Shown: positions 28,201 through 39,801, numbered from the stretch's first letter. The stretch is 64,000 nt of DNA from Lingula anatina (GCA_051362555.1 CM120645.1:3472001-3536000); one strand, 5' to 3'. Made by a program: numbers and translations. The notes: generated by a model from the letters alone, not told the origin.

Positions 28201-30197
28201 GCTTATACTTTATCTTAGAAATGGCACGTGCAATTTCAAGTATGCCAATTTCGGTTCATTTAACAAAAGTAGACATAATGATGTCTTTTTTTTCAAAATT
28301 TCTTCAGTCAATTGCACAAGTACATTGATGCGATTGTGCTAGTTGTGCCTCCTCATTGCGCTTTCTCAACCAGACACAACCACTGTTTTCTTCTCCAGGT
28401 GACGCACCAAGTATGTGTTCTAGTCCCACGAGCGTGCAGACCGAGTGCAAGTTGCAAATTGCGAAGACCGTGCCTATTACTCTCGACAATTCTGAGGAGC
28501 CCACCGAGAATTTTTCTTTCGCAGAAGATTTTCGCGAAATCACAGAAATTAAGGAGAGGATCGGCTCTTTCTTCAAGGTGGCGAAAAGGCGCAAATCGCA
28601 AGACTTGAACAGTTCCACTGACTCATTCACTAGTGAGCATTCACCACAGTACAGAGGGAGGAAATATTCGTATTCTATGACGTTATGGCCCACGGACGCA
28701 CCAAATACGCATGCGCACCGAGAGGAGTTTCTGGAAGAAGAACAGCAGAGCAAGATTTACAAACTTGCAAATACTGTGAAAATGCTTCACGAAAAGCTCG
28801 TTCGAGAAAAACAAAGGAAAGAGGAGTTACTGAACTACTGTGCGAAATGCGAGGAAGGGTGTCTGCTTCAAGTAGACCGGATGGTTGATTTGTTTAAACG
28901 ACGGGTTCACACTTTGGAACGCAAGGCGTCCCATTTTGAAACAATGGCAAAGCGTGCCCGGCGGGAGAAAGAGCTGGTACAAAAATCGCATTTGCAGACG
29001 ACAAAAATGTTACAGGATTCGTTGGAAACGATTAAAACTGAATTAGACAATGTGCGCGCTAATAATGTGGAACTAGCAAAAAGAACAAACAAACTGAATG
29101 ATGAAAAAAATTCTTTGAAAAGGCGGATTCATGATATGGATGTTGCAACCTATGCGAAGGCAGACTTGAAAGAACTGGAGCTTGAGGTGAGCAACGTTAG
29201 GATTCTTTATGAACTTGCGCTTGACAGGCTGAAGTTATACGAGGGAGGGCTGACAAAAAGATACAGACAAGAAAAATTACGATTTGATGAAAGTTTACCA
29301 GTTGTGAACATAATTCCTTGCAGCGGACAATCTGGCAAAGACCATGACCTCACGGTGTCTGATGACGTCCAGAATGAGGATGACGTCAAAACCGCCTATT
29401 CAGTGCTCAGCACTCCTGGCAGTAATCGCAACATGTCCCCCAGTTGTGAAGCAGATGTATCAGAATCTGACCAAGAAGATGACGAGGGCACAACAGACAG
29501 TGATAAAATTGGTGATTCTTTCCTAGCAACTACAAAATTTTCCCCTGCCCTCGTAGCTAATGGTGCTGTCAAACAAAAGAGTGTGGAGGACATTTTGACG
29601 TCCCAAACAGACAAGCCACCTACCGTACAGAAGAGCACGTCTCTGCCCAATGAATCAATGCTGGCGGTGTTAGCTAGGCTCGAGCGTCTGCATAGGACAA
29701 ACAAGCAGATTCCCTGCCCAGAGCTGGAAGCTTCTGCTGAAAGTCTTCCAACCAACATCAATTTGAACACTAAGAATCAGGAAATGTTAGCAGAAGAATC
29801 GGAGTTTGACGAAAATGTATCCATGTGCGAGGAAAACTATTTCCGTAATATTTCTTCCGATCCGGATCTAAGCGATGCGGAAAGGAGATCGTCTGCCAAC
29901 AGTAATGATTGTGACTTGAACTCTAGCAGCGCCTCCGTTTTGCGCAGGTCGTCCAGTGGCTCCACTTTCAGTCGGATTCGGAACCGTCGGAACGGGGTGG
30001 TGGCGGGCACCATTGGACCCCTGCCGTTACTCATGGGTGGAAAGCAAAGTCGAAAGAGCAAAGATTTCACCAATGTTTTAAAGCATTTTAATATAAATAG
30101 GGGCTCCGTGATGACGCCTCAGAGGAGAAGAAAATCGTCAAAGATAGCGTCTATGATGAGTATATCACAGGCGTGTGAGGAGGGAGGGGAGGGATGA
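16427..30197 (+). CDS. Tyrosine-kinase-like pseudokinase with C-terminal coiled-coil and Ser/acidic disordered tail (~887 aa, 9 coding exons)
   Basis: Exons 16427-16492, 16741-16850, 17425-17513, 18386-18510, 19965-20038, 20987-21221, 25669-25749, 27794-27878, 28399-30197. All are GT-AG with compatible phases, totalling 2664 nt. Kinase subdomain motifs: LQHPNII, LITESSDYGTLSECL, ALQICAGMTYLHDRSIIHGNLTAENCVV, VKIAGF, DVADFGRLLWTIF, CCCQETQLRPTFPAIL. The last exon is the 613-aa ORF, which has heptad-rich helices. Confidence 0.85.
22456..22675. repeat. Tandem duplication of a ~50-bp unit, each followed by an (ATT)n tail
   Basis: TAACATCGTAGAAGGCAAA...CACAACACCTA.GCTATTATT at ~22456 and ~22555. 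Confidence 0.8.
23561..23719. mobile_element. MITE-like inverted-repeat element
   Basis: ACTGGTCCATTTCACA ... TGTGAAATAGAACCAGT imperfect terminal inverted repeats, plus an inner TAGACTTG/CAAGACTA pair. Confidence 0.5.
24745..24850 (+). repeat. Dispersed repeat, second copy at 39204-39296
   Basis: TTGAGTAGAAAACAGAAAAGCTG.TGATTATACGAG..GTTGGAAACAAGAG...TTAATCTGAT.GCATTCAGC...GTCCCCG at both sites. Confidence 0.75.
28399..30197 (+). CDS. Large terminal exon of the pseudokinase gene (coiled coil plus low-complexity tail)
   Basis: 1.8-kb open frame entered via ttcttctccag|GT (phase 1, matching the 27878 donor). AATAAA signals lie downstream near 31092 and 31201. Confidence 0.85.
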
Positions 30198-32966
30198 CCA
30201 AGGTCAAGGTCAGATATAGCGACCCCCTCAAGGTGACTGCCGTGAACATTTTTCCAGCTCATACGCTGGGGCCTCTGAGCAAACCCAAAACTTCCACTTA
30301 CTCAGCGTGATGTATTAACTTCAATATTTAAAATGAAAAGTATTTTCATTGGTCTTCAGTCATATTAATCACGATCAGAGCCGCTGCTCTTGAGAGAAAC
30401 TTAGCAGGAGCGGAAACAGAGGGAGGAGGATTTCCAGGGAGAAATGATGGACTCAACAAAATTGAAGAATGATTTAATCACACAGTATTACGAATTTGCC
30501 TGAAATGTTGTTGTCTTTTCAATACTTTCTTGTCAGCAGACAATAAGGAATCACCCCCGCCCCCACCTTCCAGCCTTATCAATATGTTGGAGCTGTCCTT
30601 CCTCATTATTTTGTCTATTTGTAGCCTATAACAAATCGTAACAACTTTCTCTTCAGTAACAAAAAGTATTGATTTTTGCCGTCAAAAAAGTTGGACACTT
30701 TCAACAGTTAACTGTTCACAATTTACAGAATAACCCTAAAGTAAATGCACAGGAGGCAGGTCTATCTTTAGTTTTATAGTAAAACATGCTTTGTAATAGA
30801 TACGCTCTGTACAACTTGGATATACCGGTATACCACGTTTACACTGTTTAAACTAATTAATTTTTATGCTGGACATAGATAAGATATTTATTGGTGAAAG
30901 CTCTTATTTTCCACCGAATTTTTTACATTCTTCATGAACAAAAGTTAAAATGAAGTGCTCCGAAAATCTTTCTTGAATATAGTGTTGAATGAATGGCGTT
31001 GACGCTTGATATTTTCTGAGAATTATTAAGAAATGCAATCAAATTCCATTTCAAGAAGCCTTATTTCCAATAAGCCACACCTATAGCTTGAAATAAAACA
31101 GGTTTCACAGAACCCTATAAAGGAAAACTGTGACACCTTTAAAAAACCACTCTCCGAAGCGTCACGTTCTTACGCACTTGTTATCATTACTTTAACTGAG
31201 AATAAATAAAAACAAAATCAATCGTGTGGCATTTTATTAAGTTCACGAGAAGAATAGTTTTATACAATAGAAGTGTACGCCCTGGGAATTTTAATAATGA
31301 AATAAGCAGGGAAATTTACATATATTGTGCACATTTTCCTGAAAGCTTGCAATTTTCAATGGTTACAAAACGTCATTTTACAGTGTTCTAAAATCATAAA
31401 CAATATGAGTAATTATTCGTTTAAAACAATTTTAAGACCCATCTTTCGCATATAGTCCGGGGTGTAATCTTTGCAGTTTGATAGTACAATAAAAAGTAAT
31501 TTCAACAAAGATAGTCAGTTCATTGCGTAGAAAGGACGCAACTCGCTTTTGACATACGAGTAATGCATAGTCTAAAGTCAATTACTAAGTTTAGTATACA
31601 ACGTATACTTGAGTTGCCTTTCATTTTTTATAGGTCTTTTTACTGAATTTTTAAACCAAATTGTGATGGTCAGTAGTGGCCAGAAAACATTCAGGCGTGT
31701 TTTACATTACATGCATTGAAGGCAAACCGATCCCCCCAAAAAAACTTCAGAACTTTACAGCCAAAGCTTATTTCTTTGTGAATAAAGCTTCTTGGACGTA
31801 GAAAGAAGATAAAGACAAGCATTCTGGTGTACGAAGTCACCCCATATAAATAACGCTGCTCCTCTTTCTTAAAATATTTGTCTTTATTTCACTTAATATG
31901 AAAAAAATAATAATTCAAATGAAAATGCGAGACAAACCATGGTTGATAGTACAATTGGAACTTACAATGCATAGACTATATTCTCTTAACTCGATGAACA
32001 AGTGACGTATTCTAACAATACAATTAACTACAAATTGCGATTCAATGTTTAATTAGCACATTTATCTTTTCTAAGTCCATTAGTCATATCATTATGCTCT
32101 GGAGTGAATCAAATTATGATAACATCAATTACCTTATTTTACAGGTAACTCGCTCGTTATCAGATAATACATCAGAAAGTATGTCTATTACACACATACC
32201 TTCACGCACGAGTATTAATTATTACGTTATAGGACCATATTTTGAGTAAAGTATTATTGTATCGGCACTTAGTCGATAATTTAAACAATATTACATAATA
32301 TAATAATAAGACCAAACCAATACTCAAGTAAAATAAGGAATACCTTGGAAAGCACTGACCTTCATCTCACAAACAGAGCAAGGGCGGACCGCCGGTGCTC
32401 CTACACAAATACACAAAACAAAATTCGTATTTTTTTTTTTTTCGGACGATACATATGTCCATTCTCATGTATCCATTTTACGATACATGACACTACAAGA
32501 TGAGATACATTCTTATATGAAAAGACAGCAAAGCTGTGAAACATGCAGACGCCAAATGTAATGAACACACTCAAAACATGCATACGCTTATCTGAAAATT
32601 AGAATTCGGGTGGATGATTTAATTCTCTTTACATTCTTACATTACTACTGGGTATCCTACTGCTAAAGCAAATAAAATCACACAGTCGCAAACCTGCTTA
32701 TTAAAACCCGACTTTTACAAAAGTCTACAAGTTTGAACATAAGACTTGTGAGGTGCAAGATGCATAAGATTAAATGACACTTTTCGGGGACAAAATGGGC
32801 TACTGTGTCCAATTTATTTCAACGCCGCCAAAAACAGGCTCAGCCCGTGCAAGATTATAGAGCATAAAGAGACGCAAATCAGCGAGGGTTAAATTTGCCG
32901 GAAGAACAAACTGACTTTTCGAGCACAATTCATTCATCTTTCGCAGATCGAATTTACGCCATCATT

Positions 32967-33353
32967 ATGGAAGTTTTTATATAAGCAGCCACTATGCTGA
33001 AGAACATGAAGATGCTGAGGAAAGCTGGGTTAGGGACTTCGATGAGCGGACGTGATCCGGTATCGCCCATCATTATGGAAATTTTGATATTAGCAGCCAC
33101 TATGCTGAAGAACATGATCCATCATATGGATGGGGAGGAAAGCTCGGTGAGAGACTTCGAAGGAGCGGACATGGTCCGGTATCGCCCTATGGCGATAGTC
33201 AACCGGTCATGCTAAAGGAGATGACCGACCTGGTGCGCCAGCGTCGTTCTCACCTCATTATCATCGATGACTGGTCGGCGAGTCTGGAAAATAGAAGCGT
33301 ATCCCAGCTTTAGAAAGGAGAGACTGAGGGGTCACATCTTCAACTTGATGTAG
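32967..33353 (+). pseudogene. Unknown array family, short (A-type) copies: truncated fragment (32967) plus frameshifted copy (ATG 33075)
   Basis: MEILILAATMLKNMIHHMDGEESSVRDFEGADMVRYRPMAIVN, then after a frameshift VMLKEMTDLVRQRRSHLIIIDDWS. Homologous to the 34020 and 35759 ORFs. Confidence 0.7.
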
Positions 33354-34019
33354 TCCGTATGAGCAAAATAAAATTCCTTTCACAGAAAAAGAGAGTTGTT
33401 CATAACTATACAGTAACGCGCTTTTATCATCCGTAAAAGCCCCCGTCACAGAATATTAAATGATTGAAACTGGTTATTGTTGTCAGCGTTGGATTTCTTC
33501 ATAGCGATTTACACGTAACTATTTTGACCACGAACCTGGTAGGTAATATTATCGCGTTATCCGAACTAACGGTTTCCGTATTTCGAGCCCATTTCTAAAT
33601 TACATGCATATCTATTTGCGCGATTCCGGACAAGGATCAAAGAATGGCGGAAGAATTGATTGTCAGGGGATGTTTAGCCAGCACTTCCGCGATTGCAGGA
33701 AATGACCAGTTTCAGTCAAATCAAAATTTAAGTATTGGCAAGATTAAAATACTGATAGAAAGAAAAAACATTAAAATATTGACAGAAAGAAAGACGAGTA
33801 CCAACGAAAATACTTGGCAGATCTGACTGACCTAGTAGGCCAAAGACATATCAACCAAAAAGGGCTTTATCCAGGACAATTAGAATCCATAAACGGCTTC
33901 TTCGGATTATTTTCTGAAGTGCCTTTGTCCTGACCTCAGATTTTTTTTGGGTAAAATCCCAACTTCTACCAAAGATCATTCATCTCCAGCAGATACCCCT
34001 TCACACAAACGTGATCATC

Positions 34020-34757
34020 ATGGAAGAGTTGATATTAGCCGTCGCTATACTGAAGCATATGCTTCATTACATTGATACGGGACTTGGAAGAGAGAAAGGT
34101 TTTGAGGGCGCGGATCTGGTCAGATACCGCCCCATGACCATCATGGTCAATACAGAATATCTAACAGACCTTGTCGACTTAGTGCGCCAGAAACGGCCCA
34201 ACCTACTTATAATAGACGATTGGATACCCCAGTCGACAGCTGAATTCCTCGGACGGGACTGTATGCCCAGACCAGAGAAAGCAGTTGGTGACCTCTTAGG
34301 CCTCATGTTTATCTTCCACCAAAATATGAGTGCCCCGGTACCAGGCCAAACCACCCGCATTTACCTATGCTGTTCTAACACGTATCCAGACATTAGGGAG
34401 CAGCTCCAGAGAGCCAAAACCTTTACCCGAGACTTGGCAGTACATTTTTACAAGATAGACAGCACCCATCGCAGAGGCAATTAAGCCCGATATGCGGAAA
34501 TAATTCGGGTTGCCGCCGGTGACAACCTGATGTCGCTTTCCAGGCAGGACGCCCCAAGACAACCACCCAGACGAGCCCAAAGATTGGTCTACTCTGACTG
34601 GGATGCCGAGGACAATACGCCTCTAGTCCCATATAAACACCCAGTCGGAGCCGATGAGGAATCAGAAACAGAAGAAGAGGCATGCAGCCCGATTCCCTCC
34701 GGAGCAAGACTAATTCCCGGAGGGATGGAAGAAGATGATCTTCCTGACCTGGAATAA
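34020..34757 (+). pseudogene. Unknown array family, long (B-type) copy interrupted by one in-frame TAA
   Basis: ORF 34020-34484 and tail ORF 34530-34757 share one frame; after TAA 34482-84 it continues ARYAEIIRVAAGDNLMS.... Colinear with 35759-36442. Confidence 0.75.
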
Positions 34758-35442
34758 CGAACTATAAACATGGGGGACTATGTCAGCTTTTGAAGGAAAA
34801 GACTATTATTACCATTATTGTTCTTATTTTATTTTCCTCCTAACTTTTCGCCACCACCATTGATTTTTTTCTACAAATTTGCCACCATACCCCCTTCCCA
34901 CCCACACACGCCTTTTTGAGAGGTATAAACCCTACAAACAAAAGAACACTCAGATGCTTGATCTTGTGTTGACGTAAAGATTAAGATTATTGCTACTGAA
35001 TGAACCAGGGTAGTTTTGAGAAAATGTTACCAGACCAATTGCACAAAGCAAATTGTTAAATGCAATGAATGATGTCGATGTAATATCAAGGACTGATGAC
35101 AAAGAACTTCTCCGATGAGAAGGATAATTAGTTAGACATATTATTATCAATGTTGTATTTTCAAACTATTAAACATTTACTTAAGTTTCTATATGTAGTT
35201 GAAATGACAGCAAAATGACAGCAAAATGACAGCTGTAATTAAACCAGCCGACTTAGATCAGAGCACAGATGTCCACAAGACGTATTCCAATGCAAGTTAT
35301 TATTTCACTGAGAAGTTATATCTAAATGATACCTCATCAATTTACTAATGTAGTCATATCTCTAGTATATTGATGCAATACGTAATTTTAAAGCACCGTT
35401 CATTCATCTCACGCAGATACCATTTAACCAGACATAATCATC

Positions 35443-35668
35443 ATGGAAGTTCTCATACAAGCAGCCACTGTGCTGAAGAAAATGATCCTATGGCGATAGT
35501 GAACAAGGTCATGCTAAAGAAGATGACCGACCTGGTGCCCAGCGTCGTCCTCACCTCGTTATCATCGATGACTGGTCGGCGAATCGGGAAAATAGAAGCG
35601 TATCCGAGCCACAGAAAAGAGAGAATGAGGGAGAGACATCGGGGTCACATCTTCAACTTGCTGTAGTC
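35443..35668 (+). pseudogene. Unknown array family, internally deleted A-type copy
   Basis: ATGGAAGTTCTCATA..., CCTATGGCGATAGTGAAC..., ATCATCGATGACTGG match the other copies; deletions and frameshifts present. Confidence 0.7.
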
Positions 35669-35758
35669 CGTATGAGCAAAATAAAATTCCTTTCACAGGA
35701 AAAAGGGAGTTGTTCATCACGGAAGTGTTGATACTAGCCGCCGCTATACTAAAGCTGA

Positions 35759-36442
35759 ATGGAACTGGACAGAGACAGCGACTTTGAGGGCGCGGATCTC
35801 GTCAGATACCGCCCCATGACCACCTTAGTAAATACAGAAAACCTCTACGACATGGTCAATTTGGTACGCCAGAGAAGACCAAATCTGCTAATTGTAGATG
35901 ATTGGATGCCCCAATCAACAGCCCAATTCCTGGGAAGAGATAATATGCCAAGACCAGACGAGGCGGTTGGTGACCTTTTGGGCCTCATATTTCTATTTCA
36001 ACAGGGCATGAGTGATCCAATGCCAGGCCATCGAACCCGCATTCACTTGTGCAGTTCCAGCAGCTATCTAGGCATAAGAGAGCAGCTGGACAGGGCCGCC
36101 ACCTTCACCAATGTCTTGGAAGTGCATTTCTACGGCAACGACGAACGCCTATCACAAAGACAGGCAAGATATGCTGCCATCATTCAAAGTGCCGCCAGTG
36201 AAACCCTGCGGTCCCCAACACCAAGAAGAAGCGCCCAGAGACTGGTTTACTCATCGGACTCTGACTGGGATGCTGAGGACAATACACCCATTGTCCCATA
36301 TAAACACCCAGTCGGAGCCGATGAGGAGTCAGCATCGGAAGATGACGAGAGCTACGAACCTATCCCCCCCGGAGCAAAACTCATCCCTGCGGGGATGGAA
36401 GATGATGACGATAACGCTGATGATCTTCCAGATCTGAATTGA
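35759..36442 (+). CDS. Unknown array family, most intact long copy (227 aa; alpha/beta core plus acidic tail)
   Basis: Uninterrupted ORF with many synonymous or conservative differences from the 34020 copy. The original start appears mutated to ACG at 35719, followed by a short deletion. Confidence 0.6.
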   Translation: MELDRDSDFEGADLVRYRPMTTLVNTENLYDMVNLVRQRRPNLLIVDDWMPQSTAQFLGRDNMPRPDEAVGDLLGLIFLFQQGMSDPMPGHRTRIHLCSSSSYLGIREQLDRAATFTNVLEVHFYGNDERLSQRQARYAAIIQSAASETLRSPTPRRSAQRLVYSSDSDWDAEDNTPIVPYKHPVGADEESASEDDESYEPIPPGAKLIPAGMEDDDDNADDLPDLN

Positions 36443-36634
36443 AGAAAGCCTAAGGGACTAGATGCAATTTTCACGAAAGACTGTGGTTGTCATTATTGTT
36501 TTATTTTCCGCATGATTTACCTTCTTACCAAACATTGATTTCTTTTTCTTTTATTTCAACAACATTGCCCAAAAGCCCCCTTCCCCCCTTTACAGTGACG
36601 CGCTTTTATCACACATAGAAGCCCCCGTCACACA

Positions 36635-36975
36635 ACCTTTATACGAGACTTGGCAGTACATTTTTATAAGAATGACGAACACCCATCGCAGACAAGCCTG
36701 ATATGCGGAATTAATTCGGGATGCCGTCGGTGACAACTTGATGTCCCTTGCCAGGCAGGAGGCCCAAATACTACCACCCAGACGAGCCCAAAGATTGGTC
36801 TACTCATCGGACTCTGACTGGGATGCCGAGGACAATACGCCTCTAGTCCCATATAAACACCCAGTCGGAGCTGATGAGGAATCAGAATCAGAAGAAGAGG
36901 CATACGGACCGATTCCCTCCGGAGCAGACTGATTCCCGCAGGGATGAAGAAGATGATCTTCCTGACCTGGAATGA
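36635..36975 (+). pseudogene. Unknown array family, C-terminal B-type fragment
   Basis: RDLAVHFYKNDEH...YSSDSDWDAEDNTPLVPYKHPVGADEES; near-identical to 34420-34757, with small indels. Confidence 0.75.
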
Positions 36976-37005
36976 CGAACTATAAACATTAAGGATTATA
37001 TTATT

Positions 37006-37284
37006 ATGGAAGTTTTGATATTAGCAGCCACTATGCTGAAGAACATGGTCCATCATAAAGATGCTGAGGAAAGCCCGGTGAGGGACTACAAAGGAGCGGA
37101 TATGGTCCGATATCGCCCTATGGCGACAGTGAACACGGTCATGCTAAAGGAGATGACCGACCTGGTGCGCCAGCGTCGTCCTCACCTCGTTATCATCGAT
37201 GACAGGTCGGCGAGTCGGGAAAATAGAAGCGTATCCGAGCTATAGAAAGGAAAGACTGAAGGGTCACATCTTCAACTTGATGTA
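37006..37284 (+). pseudogene. Unknown array family, A-type copy (79-aa ORF)
   Basis: MEVLILAATMLKNMVHHKDAEESPVRDYKGADMVRYRPMATVNTVMLKEMTDLVRQRRPHLVIIDD. It lies within the direct repeat 37003-37573, which matches 33072-33587. Confidence 0.65.
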
Positions 37285-38780
37285 GTCCGTATGAGCAAAA
37301 TAAAATTCCTTTCACAGGAAAAAGAGAGTTGTTCATAACTTTACAGTGACGCGCTTTTATCACACGTAGAAGCCCCCGTCACGATATTCAACATAACATC
37401 TGAATGTACCGGAGGAAGCGACGATAGAACATTAAATGATTGAAACTAGTTATTGTTGTCAGCTTTGGATTTCCTCATACCGATTTACACGTAACTATTT
37501 TGACCACAAACTTGGAAGGTAATATTTACGCGTTATCCAAAATAAAAGTATTCAACGGTGTCCGTATTTCGAGTATATTTTTTAATTTGATTCATAGCAA
37601 ATTTTTGCACGGTCACTAGGCCTTATCTCCATCTGGATTCGTAGAAAAATGACACGCTATATTGTTTCAACAAACCTCTCTGATCATGTGTTGCAGAGCG
37701 GGAGCAGGTTTTTTTATGGACAAACATTCAGACCCATTTGGCGTCTGTATGTTATTACACGACAAGGTGGTTTCTAAATGAAATGGTTAAAACATAATAC
37801 ACATGACTAACATGATAAACATGATGTTTTTGTTAGAGAAACCCACTAGAATTTCTCGAATCCAGATACTTGAAAAAAAAAAAAAAAAAAAACTGCCCCA
37901 CCCACCCTACCCCCTGGACCACTGCCCTAGAGTACCTCCAAAGTTTACAACATAATGGAGCACCTGTACTGGTTACGTAAATGTGAGAAATGGTGTAACA
38001 TCTTCAAGCTTGATTGTTTTCACCATACTGCAAGGCACAAATTGAATCTCCCAGTTATCTTGCACAATTATTTGAGTTTTCATAAAAAAATCAATAAATA
38101 CAAGGAAAGTGGAAAAAACAAGCCCTGCAAAAGTTGTTCGCCTTACTACAGAACTTAACGTGTACCTAGCTCTGAAAATTGTAATTACCCTGAAGATTGT
38201 GAGAACCAAGCCTCCTCGTCTCTGCCCTTGCTGCTGGTGCATAGAATTCTTTCGTCAGCTTCGAAATACGTGTTGGTACTTTGAGTCAGTTAACTCTCAT
38301 CTGATTATCCGGCATTCTACGGGATTAACAAAGGTGCTTTCTGTCTGATCTTCTTCAACTGCATTGTGTTTCTGTCTGAGGGAGGTCCTCTCTTTTCACC
38401 GACACATGCATCGTTCATCTCCAACGAATTTTGAATGTTCATTTTCCTAAAAAAATATTTAAACTAATTTCAGAAGCGGGATTACAGAATTAGCGAGAAA
38501 GTAATTCTCTTTTATTCATAACGTTTACCTTTAATTTATTACACTAGCATCTAGAGCGACTCGATTTTAGCGATAAAATTCTTCAAACAAATTATCCAGA
38601 AGAAAAACGAGTCAAGGAGCACATGATAAATAGAATAGAAATATGGCTATTCAAAATTTTCTGTTCCACGCTTATTCATGCTCAAACTCTACTCTAAAAC
38701 TGATAGTGATGTCAATATAAATTTCAATCTCATTTTTCCGAAGTCAATAAATGAAAATCATTGAACAAGGCAAATTACCT

Positions 38781-39801
38781 CTACAGTGGATACAGGTCAA
38801 ATAGTGAGTGACGCTTGCACAGCATTTTCATCTCCATGGGGACAAACTTTGGTAGGCTCCATTCTCTTGTGCGATTGCTAATTAGTTTCTCTTTGGTCTT
38901 CCCAAAATAACTTTTATTATTGATAATCTCTATCTGGAAATATATAAAGTTTTAATTTATACAACTTTTTGTGATACAAAAACTATACCGCCAAATGTGA
39001 AAAGGCATGTGATTATATCCATGTATATGGTTAAGTGTCACAGGACGTCGAAATCCAAATTTCCAATATATTGATATTATCAGGAGACTTCAAAATTCTT
39101 TAAATGACCTTAACTACTGAGGTGGATCAAATGGATCAAAATAATCGAAAAAACATCTAGGACTTTGGCTGGGGCAGTAGCCACCGAATGTGTGATCCTG
39201 CCATTGAGTAGAAAACAGAAAAGCTGGTGATTATACGAGCACGTTGGAAACAAGAGAAGGCATGTTAATCTGATTGCATTCAGCGAGAGTCCCCGCGGAG
39301 TTGGATCGATCTACGTAGAACGAGAGTATGATTGGGAATGAGAGCCCTTAGGCTCTGTTCTCACAACTTTTAGATCGATCTATCACCGCGGGGAGTCTCA
39401 CTAGATTACTGTCAGATAATCCCCCTTAAGTGTCCGTCCCCGCCTACTACAAGCTTTAAGGGGTAATTAACTTTCGTGTCCGCCCGGCTGACAGCTATTT
39501 AGCGTGAACCCCCAGGGAGTTAGGTCGATCCAATGTAGGTCGATCTAATCTATGAGAATGGGGTGTTAGTCTCTAGAAACGATTTACTCTTTTTAATCTT
39601 TATTGCACAAAAGACAAAGGAATTCCGATTTCAAAGTAAAAATGGCGTGTTTATTGCCCTCGGCGATAAATTTTACTCATAAAATACATGTAATAAACTT
39701 ACATTAATCAAGGCAAACAAACTATCCAGGTGGCCATGTTTGTTCAGCTTTTGGTCAGTCTTTATCCCGTTTATCAGTGACACTCGTTGCCAGGCAACCA
39801 T
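38781..39801 (-). CDS. Candidate 83-aa spliced microprotein, unknown function
   Basis: Coding parts 39801-39703 (MVAWQRVSLINGIKTDQKLNKHGHLDSLFALIN|GTAAGT) and 38933-38781 (tttccag|IEIINNKSYFGKTKEKLISNRTREWSLPKFVPMEMKMLCKRHSLFDLYPL*), joined in phase 0. Flanking splice sites: donor 40617, acceptor 39826, donor 38779, acceptor 38446. Confidence 0.4.
39370..39547. mobile_element. MITE family A (copy 2, inverted relative to 52449-52620)
   Basis: TAGATCGATCTATC...GGGGAGTCTCACTAGATT.CTGTCAG ... GCTGACAGCTATTTAGCGTGAACCCCCAGGGAGTTAGGTCGATCC is the reverse complement of the 52.5-kb copy. Confidence 0.75.

Noticed and set aside
28356-30197. 613-aa ORF as a standalone single-exon gene
   Set aside because: It starts at TTG upstream of a strong acceptor at 28398, and its phase matches the preceding kinase exon.
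33072-37573. Autonomous LTR retrotransposon
   Set aside because: No gag, RT or integrase motifs, no PBS/PPT or TSD found, and the direct repeats themselves contain an array ORF.
39786-39798. Perfect RFX X-box GTTGCCAGGCAAC as a ciliary-gene promoter
   Set aside because: It lies inside an exon with an upstream acceptor, within the first codons of the candidate ORF; may be coincidental.
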